DNA of 63,557 nt, filler included, from Reclinomonas americana ATCC 50394 (Eukaryota): the NCBI GenBank assembly GCA_048213135.1. It is 5 parts of 2 records of this genome, joined end to end, with 100 filler letters (N's around TTAATTAATTAA, not from the genome) between each part and the next. Parts side by side here need not be neighbours in the genome. Positions count along the whole stretch, not along the records: positions 18,569 to 28,076 come from PS015100.1; positions 28,177 to 41,764 come from PS015100.1; 3 more parts are not named here. One strand, 5' to 3'. Under the pieces are notes generated by a model. The model saw only the letters and a list, made by a program, of their open reading frames with translations. It ran no database searches and was not told the origin of the DNA. Positions within the stretch are counted from its first letter, which is position 1. Every line of letters starts with the position of its first letter. The translations under genes were made by a program, and so were the position numbers. This document shows positions 26,088 to 37,795 of the stretch, one piece after another.

Positions 26088-26548
26088 ATGGCGTCTGCTC
26101 TCACCCGCGCTGTGCGCTACGTTGTCCCGTCGTCGTCCTCCTCCTCGTCTGCGTCTGCGGCTGCGTCATTATGGTCAGTGCGCGCGTCATCAATAACAAC
26201 GTCGGCTGTGCTGAGAGCAGTCGATGCCTCCACGGTAAGCACACACACACACAAACAAGAGAAAGAGAGAGAGAGAAAGAGAAAGACACTCTAAGGAATG
26301 AGATTTGAAGCACGCGTTGAATCAATTGCATCTCTTTTGTGTGTTAGCAGCGCAAGAAGACTCCGGAGCAGTTGATTGCGGATCAGGCGGTTCGTGTGGT
26401 TGATGGATCGGTGGCCAAGTGCGACGGCGGCAGCAATCAGTTGGGCCATCCGGTGGAATTCATCAAGATTCGCGAGGGAGTCGTCGAGACGTGCAAGTAC
26501 TGCGGCTTGCGCTTCACCCGTGGTCATCACAATCACCAGCATCACTGA
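26088..26548 (+). CDS. NDUFS6: Mitochondrial complex I zinc-finger (zf-CHCC) subunit
   Basis: Ser/Ala/Arg-rich presequence exon, then CDGGSNQLGHPVEFIKI..TCKYCGLRF; one intron. Confidence 0.85.
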
Positions 26549-26782
26549 GGAGAATGATGATGATGATGATGAGGTTGTGTGTGTGTGCCCCCCCTCTGCC
26601 CCGCTCATGTGGGCCACGGAGGCGTTTGTATTGGTCAGGTTTGCTTGCTTCGCGGTGATTAAAAGAAACCGGCGGCGTTTCTTGGATTTCTCGTTGTGTT
26701 GTTTTTTTGTTTTACTCGTCGTGGCTGTCGTGGGATCCATCATCATATAATAATTCTACTGGGACGACACGGCGCGCGCGCT

Positions 26783-27389
26783 TCACTCGGCCGACGCGGG
26801 AGCCTTGCGCAGACGGGCCATCTCCTCGGCCATTCTGTCGCGCTCCAGCATCAGCTGCTCCACTTGCGTGCGCATCTTCGAGTTCATCTCGCGCAGAGTC
26901 TCAATCTCCGACTTCTGTGGAGCGACGGAGGGAAGAGGAGGCGCAGTGTTCAGCTGGAATCATCATCACGACAGAGGAAACGAGAGTTACCGCACCTCCG
27001 CAGCAGGGGCCGCCGACGACGCCGCCGCCTTGGCCAACATCTCCTCGTCGGCGTGGCCGCGCTCCATCATCCACTCGGGCCTGAGGAACTTGGTCATGTA
27101 GTTGCGCAGACCGTCGGGCAAAATCACCACCACGCGCGCGTCAGCCGGCAGCTGTCACACAAGACTCAGAAAAATGCCTCCTCCCACTTGCACGAGAACA
27201 ACAAAACAACATACCGTGCGTGCCACCTTCAGCGCAGCCACCATGGCACTGCCCGAGGAGCCGCCGCACAGCAGACCCTCCTCGCGGATCAGTCGGCGCG
27301 CCATCAAAAATGACTCCTTGTCGGTGCTCTTGTACCACTCGTCCACCAGACCGCGCTCCAGCACCTTCGGGATGAAATCGTATCCCACA
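26783..27389 (-). CDS. CBS: Cystathionine beta-synthase, 3' exons; 5' part missing
   Basis: [59 protein letters not shown]. Confidence 0.9.
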
Positions 27390-28015
27390 CTGCCCGTGGC
27401 ACACACACGAATGTCGTCAGCGGGCACGAAGAGAAAGGAGAGGGAGTGCAGGAGACGAAGGGGGGAAAGAGAGAGAGAGAGGAAGGAAAAAGGGAGAAAT
27501 GGTTTGGAAAGATTGAATAAAAATACTGAAAGTCTCGGGGGACAAGAGAGACGGAAAGCCAGGAGAGAGAGAAGAAGATGAAAGAGAAAAAACGAGAAGA
27601 AGAAGAAGAAGAATACGAAGAAGAAAAAGAAGAAAGAGAAAGAGAGAAGGGGAGAAGAAAGAGATCGACTGGAAGGTTGGGCGAACACATCGCAAGACTC
27701 GGCGAGGGAAGATCAAAGAAAAGCGGAAAGAAATATTCTGGAAAGTCTGGGAGAAATACATGAACAAGACTTGGGGTGTACACACAGAGAGAAGGACATC
27801 AGGAGAAAGGAGGAAAGAGACGGGGAAAGCGAGGAAAGAAAGGGAGAGAGAGAAAGATAGAAGGACGAGTGCAAGGGAGAGAAATAGTATCGAAAGGTTG
27901 AGGGAAACAGATGAAAAAAACTCCAACAGCGGCGGAAACCCCAAGAGAGAGGAAAATCAGGAGAAGAGAGAGAGAGAGAAAAATCAGGAGAAGAGAGAGA
28001 GAGAGAAAAATCAGT

Positions 28016-28058
<43 letters not shown>

Positions 28059-28176
28059 AGAAGAAGAAGAGAGAATNNNNNNNNNNNNNNNNNNNNNNNN
28101 NNNNNNNNNNNNNNNNNNNNTTAATTAATTAANNNNNNNNNNNNNNNNNNNNNNNNNNNNNNNNNNNNNNNNNNNN

Positions 28177-28375
28177 ACAAGGGGAGCACAAGGGGGAACA
28201 CAAGGGGAACACACAGGGGAACACAAGGGGGAACACAAGGGGGAACACAAGGGGGAACACGAGGGGAACACAAGGGGAACACACAGGGGAACACACAGGG
28301 GAACACAAGGGGGAACACGAGGGGGAACACGAGGGGAACACGAGGGGAAAACGAGGGAAAACAAGAGGGAATACA
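28177..28375. repeat. Intronic minisatellite with units of about 11-12 bp (GGGGAACACAA); reverse-complement continuation at 29248-29410
   Basis: Tandem units visible on both sides of a probably flipped contig. Confidence 0.85.
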
Positions 28376-28422
28376 CGACTGCAAATGTCACTCTATCTCT
28401 CTCCCTCTTTCGCACACACATA

Positions 28423-29090
28423 CCTTCAATCGATCAGACACGCGCACCAGTGGCGCGCGGTCGGCAATCACCGGCTCCTGGGCACGACCGCCAGAGCGCA
28501 GGTTAAAGTTGATCTTTGGGATCTTTCCAATGGCAAAGGCGAGCGTGGAGCCCAGCCGACTAGTGGCCTGTTCCTCGCATCGCATGAGAATGCCATGAGA
28601 GACAAGTGGAACACATCCTCTGGAGGAAGAAGACCCACCGCCATGGCCGGTTGCGGCGCTGTCTCCTCACTCGTCGCCAACCCCAGCTCCACCTCCATCT
28701 GCCTCTGAATATCCTCCGACAACAGTCGATATCGCACACCCGTCATCGGCAGATCCTCCAGCCGCTTCAGCAGCGCCTTTGGACTGGACCGGCGATGCGG
28801 ATACGCATGCGGCAAGCGGGTGCCCTCCCGCCGAAAGATCTTTTGCACCTCCTTCCCGTCCAACACCAGCGGAACCTCCTCCAACGTCAGCTTCTTGTTG
28901 GTCTTGCGCGCGGCCTCAAATTGCACATCACGGTCTCGCTTCTGCTTCCACTCGTAGATCACTGCTGTGCATGTAAGCGCACAGTGACCAGTGACAATCG
29001 TTGTCGCAATTAGAGACGCAACGCAATTGGCGATCCTCTGCCAACGTCCACGCCGTTGGATCGTACTGTACACCATCCAATCCGCGTCCA
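28423..29090 (-). CDS. Probable 5' exons of the SPRY-domain gene on an inverted contig
   Basis: Spliced frame ends RVSDRLK|gtatgt (phase 0) into the minisatellite intron, matching the phase-0 acceptor at 29419. Confidence 0.55.
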
Positions 29091-29419
29091 TACTCGGTCG
29101 GCAATTGCAAGTTGAGCTCGGCACGGTGCGTTCGATCTGTGTTGGCCAATCAGTCAACGCTCTTTGTATGTGTGTGATAATGATCGAGTGTGACTCACCG
29201 GCAATCGACAGCGACAACTCATGCATTNNNNNNNNNNNNNNNNNNNNCTTGTGCTCCCTTTGTGTTCCCTTTCCCCTTGTGTTCCCCTGCGTGTTCCCCT
29301 TGTGTTCCCCTTACCTTCCTCTCGTGTTCCCCTTGTGTTCCCCTTGTGTTCCCCTTACCTTCCTCTCGTGTTCCCCTTGTGTTCCCCTTGTGTTCCACCC
29401 CTCATGTTCCCGTCCGCAG

Positions 29420-32400
29420 CGCATGGTGATGGAGAATTTGTTTATCGAGGACGAAGACCGGCTGGACCTCGACCGCTCCGACACGGTGATCGTGTTGGAC
29501 GACATGGCCGGTGACTTGGCCAAGTTCAACACCTTTGGCATGTACAGTGAGGATAATATCAAGAAGATGGCTGCGTTCTCCAAGGACTCGGATTCGCGTC
29601 AGAGAGTTACGTGGAGACAGCACGGCGAGGGAGTGAGGAGTGGTTGCTCACTCCACCGCCTCTGCAGGAAATCGACTTGGCCAACAAGGTGGCGGCCGCC
29701 AAGAAGCGAAGAGACGACACGATTGCCGAGCTTGTGGGTGATTTTGCCAAGAAGCGCGACGATTATGAGGCGTTGATCAAGTTGCGCATGGGGGGCAAGG
29801 AGGGCTCTGCTGTCTCTGCGACTTATGGTATGTCTCTCTCTTTGCGTGGCAGTCGTGAGTGCGACGACCGCAAGGCGGCGATCAAGAAGGATTTCGAGGC
29901 GTCGTTCCAAAAGGATTTGAAGAATTTGCAGCGCATGTACGAGTTCCACATGGAGGTGCGTGTGCGAGGAGAGAGAGAGAGAGAGATGCTGGTTTCAGCT
30001 CGCGGTCGAGCTCAACGCGCAAGGTTCCCGCTTCAATGAGTCTGTTCACTCACCGATTACTCCTGCCTGTGTGCAGAACGAGATCAAGAAGGTGGAGACC
30101 ATCTGTGAGCACCTGAAGCACGAGAAGAATTCGTTGTGTGAACGCGAGAGCCAGGACGCAGAGTTGCGATGACTTGTTTGGTTGTCGACGGGTGAGTTGA
30201 GGCTGACTGCATGCCGCAGGACGCTGGTGCTGCGTGTCTCAGGTGCGGAGATTCAGACGCTGGAGCGGGAGCAGGAGCGCAATGCGGCGGCGACGGCGTT
30301 TATTTTTGAGCCGGAGGGTTTGTCGAAGTTGTTCTTGTTGTCGAGTGCGCTGGAGGTGACGGATTTGAGGTGAGGGCGAGGGAGGGGGAGGAGGGGAAAG
30401 GGAGGGGAAAAGGGGAGAGGGAAAGGGAAGGGAAAGGAGGAGAGACGTAGAGACAGGCAGACGGAAAGAATGACAAACGGCAGTGAGAAAGGAGAATGGA
30501 AAGAAGGAAGATCAGCAAGGCAACATAATCGACATACAGACAGATGAAAAGAAGAAGAATGATAAAGAAGAGGGAGGGTGAGAAAGGGAGACAGGCGAGC
30601 AGAGACTTACGGACAGACAATGTGGGAAACATACAAATACAGAGAATGTGTGCAACTGAGTGAGACAAGCAGACAGGCTGGCTTGGAGGCACACAGACAG
30701 AATTAAGGAAACAGAGAAAGAGAGTCCGAAAGGCCGATTGACAGAGAAAGAGAGAAAGCGAGAGAGGCATTGAGAGGGAGAGGAAGAGGAGAGATAAGGC
30801 TGAAAGACTGGCCCAGTGNNNNNNNNNNNNNNNNNNNNNNNNNNNNNNNNNNNNNNNNNNNNNNNNNNNNNNNNNNNNNNNNNNNNNNNNNNNNNNNNNN
30901 NNNNNNNNNNNNNNNNNNNNNNNNNNNNNNNNNNNNNNNNNNNNNNNNNNNNNNNNNNNNNNNNNNNNNNNNNNNNNNNNNNNNNNNNNNNNNNNNNNNN
31001 NNNNNNNNNNNNNNNNNNNNNNNNNNNNNNNNNNNNNNNNNNNNNNNNNNNNNNNNNNNNNNNNNNNNNNNNNNNNNNNNNNNNNNNNNNNNNNNNNNNN
31101 NNNNNNNNNNNNNNNNNNNNNNNNNNNNNNNNNNNNNNNNNNNNNNNNNNNNNNNNNNNNNNNNNNNNNNNNNNNNNNNNNNNNNNNNNNNNNNNNNNNN
31201 NNNNNNNNNNNNNNNNNNNNNNNNNNNNNNNNNNNNNNNNNNNNNNNNNNNNTTTTATTCAACACGAACACCTCGAGAAGGAACTGAGATATCGGCAATT
31301 GATCTTTACTGAAGATTTAAGGTGCGACTGATATTACGTCGCCTTTTCCCTGGTTTCTTCTAGCTCGTTGACTGACCTTCGCGCGGTTGGTCAGACGCAA
31401 GACAATCGAGGACCTCGTTGAATTACTCGAATCCGGCACAACACCGTTCCCCGACCAGTTACGAGTGGAGATTGACAATCGGAGAAAGCGGCGGGTGAAA
31501 GTCGTTCTCAATCGGGTGCGTTTTACGGGAGGATGTGGACCAGCCGCTATGCTGAGGACTGATTGTGTCTACTTTTGCAGGAAACTGCGTCCTCGAACTT
31601 GGCCTTTGACGAACTGGGGTTGCGGATGAGCACCAAGGTGACCTGCAAGCGCAGAACGAGACGTCTGTCACTGCTCTTCATTGACTCCTGTCTCTTGCAA
31701 CAGGTCCCTCTCAAGTACATGTCGGTACAGACCGACAGCGGCAAGCTGAACACGGACTGGGGCAAGTTCTACTTCGAGGTGTACATTCACCGCTTCCCAG
31801 ACGCGCCTGGCTCAAGGTTTGTTGTGGCCTCTTCGCACATGCGCTGAAACTTTCGACTGACACTCCAATCACAGTGTCAGCATTGGGTGGGACGTGCAAC
31901 AAGACAAGTTGATGCACACGCGTGGTGTGATTCCCGGCCGCACGTGTCCACTGCGTGACCCGTCCAAGTGGTTCGCGTGCGGACTGCAAAGCACGGGAGG
32001 TACTGAGAGAAGAAGAGCAGTCCATAATCACTCCACATGTATCTCACTGCTGCGCTGCAGTGTTTTATCTGAGCGGCCGTGCGGACTATGTGCAAACCGC
32101 CATTGAGGAGGGCGACGTGTGGGGCATCTCTCTGGACCAGGATCGCAAGTTTATGCAGTTCTTCCGCAATGGCGAACTCGTGCGCTCGATTGGCCACTAG
32201 TTGCGTGCACCGCCCTCGTGTCCTTCCTCCCTTCAACGCTAACTTCTGGAGCGCGCGTGTGCAGTGGCAAAGTCAGCATTTCTGTGCCAGAGTACGCACT
32301 CTTCCCCACCATTTGCCTGTACAGCTCCAAGGTGGAGCTGCCGATCGAGGTGGAGGTGAACTTGGCCGGCCCCTTCCGGTTACCGGTGCCCGAGAATCAC

Positions 32401-32454
32401 ATTGCCTACAGTCAGGAGATCCCACATGCGCCGCTGTCGGGAGCTTCCTCGTGA
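29420..32454 (+). CDS. Coiled-coil plus C-terminal SPRY/B30.2 domain protein
   Basis: GKFYFEVYI, VSIGW, GDVWGISLDQDRKFMQFFRNG, LFPTICL, VEVNL..PF; stop at 32454. Confidence 0.75.
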
Positions 32455-32485
32455 GACTCCCAAATGTAAGCAAGGAAGCCGCACC

Positions 32486-32675
32486 AAGTCGAATTCCAAA
32501 TCCGAATCGCACGCGCGCAATCGCTGACGCCCGGGGACGACAAAATCGACGAAGAACATCCGCTGTAAACCAAGAAATATCAATCGTGATTGTTTTCGTC
32601 AAGAGTCTGAGAGCACATCGCCCATACACACGGGCACACGAGTGTTGACGGAAGAGATTGTCTGTGTGTCACCAC
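32486..32675 (+). repeat. Duplicated 3' end of the TPR gene (homologous to about 11380-11571, inverted)
   Basis: AAGTCGAATTCCAAATCCGAATCGCACGCGCGCA...CCGCTGTAAACCAAGAAATATCAATCGTG is shared. Confidence 0.85.
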
Positions 32676-33006
32676 TGAGTGCCAAGTGCGTTTTCACCAA
32701 TCAATTTTCGTTATTGGTGTGCGCACCACACTTTGCACTCGACAGCCTCGCCACCCCAGAGTCGACCTCACCACCGTCCCATGTTCCCAACTGCCACACA
32801 AGACGGGTGTCACCAACCGCCACTCGCAGGTGGCCCACCTTCACAAACTTGTCACCATCCTTTCGCCACACCAAAAGCTGCAAATCGTGTGTCCCAATAT
32901 CCGATATCTCACTTTGATTTATCCGAAACCGAACCCATCGCCGCCTTCAACCTCTGTCTGTGAGCCAACCTCATCCCCTCCCCCCCCCTTCCTCCCATCC
33001 TCCATA

Positions 33007-33744
33007 ATGATCGCCTCCAAGACCCTCTTTGTCGCCATGCTGGCCGTCTGTGTGGCCGTCGCACTGGCCGATTCGTGCGCCTACACTTGCAAGAACTACG
33101 ACGCCGTGCGTCTCGGCACCGCCTCGTGCCCACCCAACACCAGCGACCTCACCAACGGCAACTGCTGTGGCTTCTACTCGGGCGCCAACTGCGACGTCTC
33201 CCCCTTCCCCGCCGTGTGGCCGCCAGTCGCCGTGTGCACCAACGAGCCGGGTGCCTGCAACAGCAACGGCTTCTGCAAGCCCGACCTCACCTGCGCCTGC
33301 TACTACAACTGCGTCAACTACGTGCAGGTGGCCCTCGGCACTGCTGTGTGCCCGCCCGGCACCAACGATGCTGGCAACGGTTTGTCACTTGTCTGCTCTC
33401 TCTCTCTCTCTCTCTCATCCCCGCAATGACTCAACTCTCCTCTTTCCCTCACAGGCAACTGCTGCGGCAGCTGGTCGGGCAGCCACTGCGAGAACTCGCC
33501 GTTCCCGGCCGTGTGGCCGCCGGTGCCGGTGTGCACTGATGCCCCCGGCGCTTGCAACAACCACGGTTACTGCACGGCCGATCTGACTTGCCAGTGCCAC
33601 TACGCCTGCAACAACTACCCCGCCGTGGCCGCTGGCACCGCCTCGTGCCCCGGCACCAGCTCTCACCTCGGCAACGGCAACTGCTGCGGCAGCTACAGTG
33701 GTGCCACTTGCAGCCAGTCTCCGTTTGACAGCTGCACGAGGTAG
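33007..33744 (+). CDS. Secreted cysteine-rich 74-aa repeat protein, copy B (complete, 2 exons)
   Basis: Signal peptide MIASKTLFVAMLAVCVAVALA; about 2.6 repeats with 10 Cys each (GNCCG.YSG..C..SPFPAVWPP..C..CN..G.C..DLTC.C); strongly C-ending codons. Confidence 0.9.
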
Positions 33745-33809
33745 ACGAGAGAGAGAGAGAGATAGAGATTCTTGCCAAATGAAATCTGCAATTACATGTT
33801 TTGCAGTCC

Positions 33810-36800
33810 TCATACTCGAACGGCTGCCGCGGCAGGTGGTTCTGGCACAAACGCGTGGAAGCCGAACTCGTCTCCTGATTCAAAACGGGCGACCGAGGTG
33901 CGACAGAGAGGACACTCGCCGCGACGGTCGACAACTTGCTGCGCACAATTGCGACACACCACCTCGTGTCCGCATGGATGCAGTCGAGTGTTGCGCACAC
34001 TGTAACAGAGAACACAGGCACGACGGCACGACAATGCAGTCAGATCGCGCAACTCGGCCACCATGTCGTCGGCACTCGGGCGGCGATTGGGTCGATAGTC
34101 GACACAGCTGCAGCACCCCGAACCATGAGGGAAATGAATGACAATGTGCAGGGAGCAGCTCACTCACCGCATGGCCAAGCGCACAAGACGCCGACTGACA
34201 GATGTCGGCAACCCCCGACCGACCGTGACATCGGCTAGTTGCACAGCGGCCTCATCGAGTCTCGCCACGTCGTCGTCCTCCACCATTCCCTCAATCCACT
34301 TGTGCACTCTTGCAATTGGCTGACCGGAGAACAGTTGCAGCAGAATGAGTCCGAGGCAGTACACGTCGGTGCTCGGGCGCAGAATGCCACGCAGTGCCTG
34401 TGGATCAGCATAGTCGTGGTCGCCGGCAAACTGCACCGACAGGTGTGTCTGCTTGTCACCACACGTGCACTCATGAGTATATTATCGGTGGGAAGGCGAG
34501 GAAGGGAGAGAGCATACTCACCCCGGCGGTGCGGAACCAGTGCGCGATTCCGAGGTCCGAGATGCACGCCTGGCCACGCTCGTCAAACAGGATGTTGGCG
34601 GGCTTCAAGTCGCGATGAATGACTGCGAATCATGGTGAATAGGCGAGGTCACATCAACTACAAACGAGCTCACGAAGTCTCACCATTCTGGGTGAAGGCG
34701 AGAACAGAAAGCAGTGACAGTGAGAAGGAAGGAGAGTGAGAAACGACGTCATCAAGTAGCACGACAGCGACACAAACCATCCTGTACAACAAGAAACGAT
34801 GAGAAACGACCAAACGCACCTGCTTCTCATTGCAGCTGTCTCACCTATGCAACGCCGCCACGATCTCCGAACATCGAAGCAAACACGTCATCCGTTCCTN
34901 NNNNNNNNNNNNNNNNNNNTGAGTGTGCGGCAAAGATTGCTTGTGCGCTCTCGCTCATGTGCAGCTTTGCAGTTCCGCTCACGGCCTTCACCTGGGAGCA
35001 AGTCGGCGCCATTACAAATGGCTTTGCTCGTCGTCTTGGCGTGGGTGGACAGGGAAGCGTGTTTTCTGGCACGTGGAAAGAACAAGGGGTGGCTGTGAAG
35101 GTGTTCAACAGCGATGCGCCGTGGTGCATAGAGTCGTTCTCCAATGAGGTGAGCGCTGCGTGTGTCGAGAACAGGTGATCATCGCATTGTGTTGATAATT
35201 GTTTGTGCGGCACAGTTGGAGAAACTGAAGAGTGTGACGGTGCCTGGTGTGGTGCGCATGATTGGTTTTGCCGAGTCTGACCGTGGAGAAAAGTGCATTG
35301 TGCTGGCGGCCATGAGGTTTGTGGAGATCGCGTATTCTTGATTACGTGCAATTCTGGTCATTCTCCTGACCATTCTCAAGCGAGCACAACCTCGAGCACC
35401 GGTTGTTGGAGTATCAAGCACTCGGATTGCCCGTCATGGCCATCGNNNNNNNNNNNNNNNNNNNNNNNNNNNNNNNNNNNNNNNNNNNNNNNNNNNNNNN
35501 NNNNNNNNNNNNNNNNNNNNNNNNNNNNNNNNNNNNNNNNNNNNNNNNNNNNNNNNNNNNNNNNNNNNNNNNNNNNNNNNNNNNNCTCGCACTCACCACG
35601 ATGGTTGAGCTCGTGCTGCGCGGCGGCCAAATCAGCGGCCAGTCGTTGTGCGCGGTCGTATTCTTGCTGCCGCTGCTCGTCCATGCGCTCCAAGGAGACT
35701 CGAAGAGCCGCACATTCCTCGCGCAAGCGCTGCACCGCGGCCTCTCGCTGCGGCTGCACATGCGAGAGCGCAGTGCGCAGCTGGTGTATTGTGGTCTGGT
35801 TGGCGGCGAGTGACTGACGCAGGTTGACCACAGTGGTCTCCATCTCACGAGCACGGTTGTACCAGCCCGTAGCTCCTGTTTCTTGAAGCTGTGCGTGCGC
35901 TCGTTGCTCCTCCAGCTCCAGCTGCAGGCTTCGACCAGTCGCTTGTGCTGCGCCCACTTGAGCGGTCAACTGCACAACCTGTCGCCGCTGCTCCTCCGCC
36001 TCGCGCCGCAGCTGCGCAATGGTGGCCTCGTGTTGCTGCACTAGCTGCTGCGCGGCATTCATCTGCGTGGTCCGCTCGCGAACTGCGGCTTGCTGCGCCT
36101 CCAGCTCGCGACGCAATTGGGCGATGGTGGCTTCGTGTCGTTGAGCCTGCTCTTGCGACGCATCCACTTGGGCAGTCCGCTCGCGGATAATTGCTTGCTG
36201 ATCGTTCTTCTCGCGTTGCAGTTGCGAAATAGTGGCATCGCGACGCTGCACTCGCTGCTGCGCTGCATCCACTTGAGCGGCCAGCTCGCGGACCGCCGCC
36301 TGTTGCTCTTCCACCTCACGCCGCAGTTGCGCGATGGTTCCTTCGTGTTGCTGTGTCGCCGCTCGATGTTGCGCCAGGTCACGCTGCAGCTGGGCGATGG
36401 TGGCCTGCGACTGAGACTGCTCGCTGCGAAGCGTGGTCAACTCTCGCGTCTGTTGCCGCACAAGGCGCTGCTGCTCTACCAGATCGCGTTGCAGTTGTGC
36501 GTTTGCTGCCTCCAGCTGCTGCTCGCGGACCGAGTTCACCGGTGGCGGCTGGTTGGTGCACGTGAGGTAAGTGTCGGGCAAGCATCGGAACTTGTCAGTT
36601 TTCTCTCACCAGAGAACGCACTGGCGGGGGAGTGGACGCAGAAGCAGAGGAAGCTGCAGTCGCGGATGAACAACTAAAGTGTGGAGGATGAATCATAAGT
36701 GTGCGTCACTGACGTACCAGATGGGGAGGTCGTCGACGTAGTCTTGCGGAGTGCCGCCAGCTTTGCACGGGTGTTGGTAATGTGGTCAGCCGTGGTTTTG

Positions 36801-37483
36801 GTGCGTTCGTGATCCTGTCCCAGCACGCGGCGTTGCAGAGGCAACACCTCTTCATAGATCTGCAAAGCCTCCTCCAGATTGGCCAAGCCCCCTGCTTTGG
36901 CCAGCGTATACGCCATGTTAAACATGCTCATCAGCGTCTTGGGGTGATCCTCGCCCAACACCTGGCGTCTCCGGCGCACAAGGTCACGTGAAATTTGAAT
37001 CGACTCCTCGTACTCCTTGTTCTCATACAGTGCCGCGGCCAAGTGGTGCCACGTATTCAACGCATCCTCGACGTCCTCCTTGGCCCCGTAGCGCTCCTGC
37101 TTCTCCGCCGTGTCGCGCAGCAACGCGATGGCCTCGCGATACCGCCCGAGCTTCCTCAGCGCATTGCCTGTCTCAGCAGCCGCATTCAATGTCTCCTTGT
37201 GAGTCGCACCCAACACGCGCTTTTCCCTCTCCAGCACATCCTCGAGCACCGGCAGTGCGCTCTGTGCATCTCCTGCATTCAAGAGTGCATTCGCGTACCA
37301 CGCCACACACGAAAGCGTCCACTCATTGTCGGGTCCGCACAAGTCCTCAAAGTCTCGCATGCATCGAGCGAGGAGGGGTGCGGCGGTGGCATAGTTACCA
37401 CTGTCGAAATGCTGCAAGGCCTCATCATACTGCCGCTTGACCTCCTCGAAAGTCGGCGCAACACGACCTCCGCTCCGGCGCAT
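33810..37483 (-). CDS. TPR - coiled coil - IRAK/Pelle-like kinase - RING protein, paralog B; kinase N-lobe contig 34920-35445 is assembled on +
   Basis: Same exon series as 6900-10282, including both 4-nt exons; longer coiled coil and shorter Pro-rich exon. Confidence 0.8.
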
Positions 37484-37795
37484 GACGACTCGCCTGTCGG
37501 TCGGACAACATCATGAAGGACGATGCATTCTAGCAGACAGCAGACGTTCCTCGTGTCTAGAGCTGTAAGCACATCATCACATCATTTACTCAACCACACC
37601 ACCCGCTGTGGGCGACGGATCCACTGACATTGTCGACGTCGGAGTGGTTGGTGAAAGCAGCGGACCAACATGCTGCGGCTGCGGCGGCGGCTGCGACGCA
37701 CCAACCTCACCGGGCAGCAACAGCAAAGGATCTGCGCAACGAAAAGCAAACCAACGTCAACACGAGCTCTTGAAACGCACGGAGACTCGACCAAC

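Noticed and set aside
28177-29410. GTGTTCCCC repeats resembling a type I-E CRISPR repeat start
   Set aside because: Head-to-tail 11-12 bp units with no unique spacers, intronic, eukaryotic context and no cas genes.
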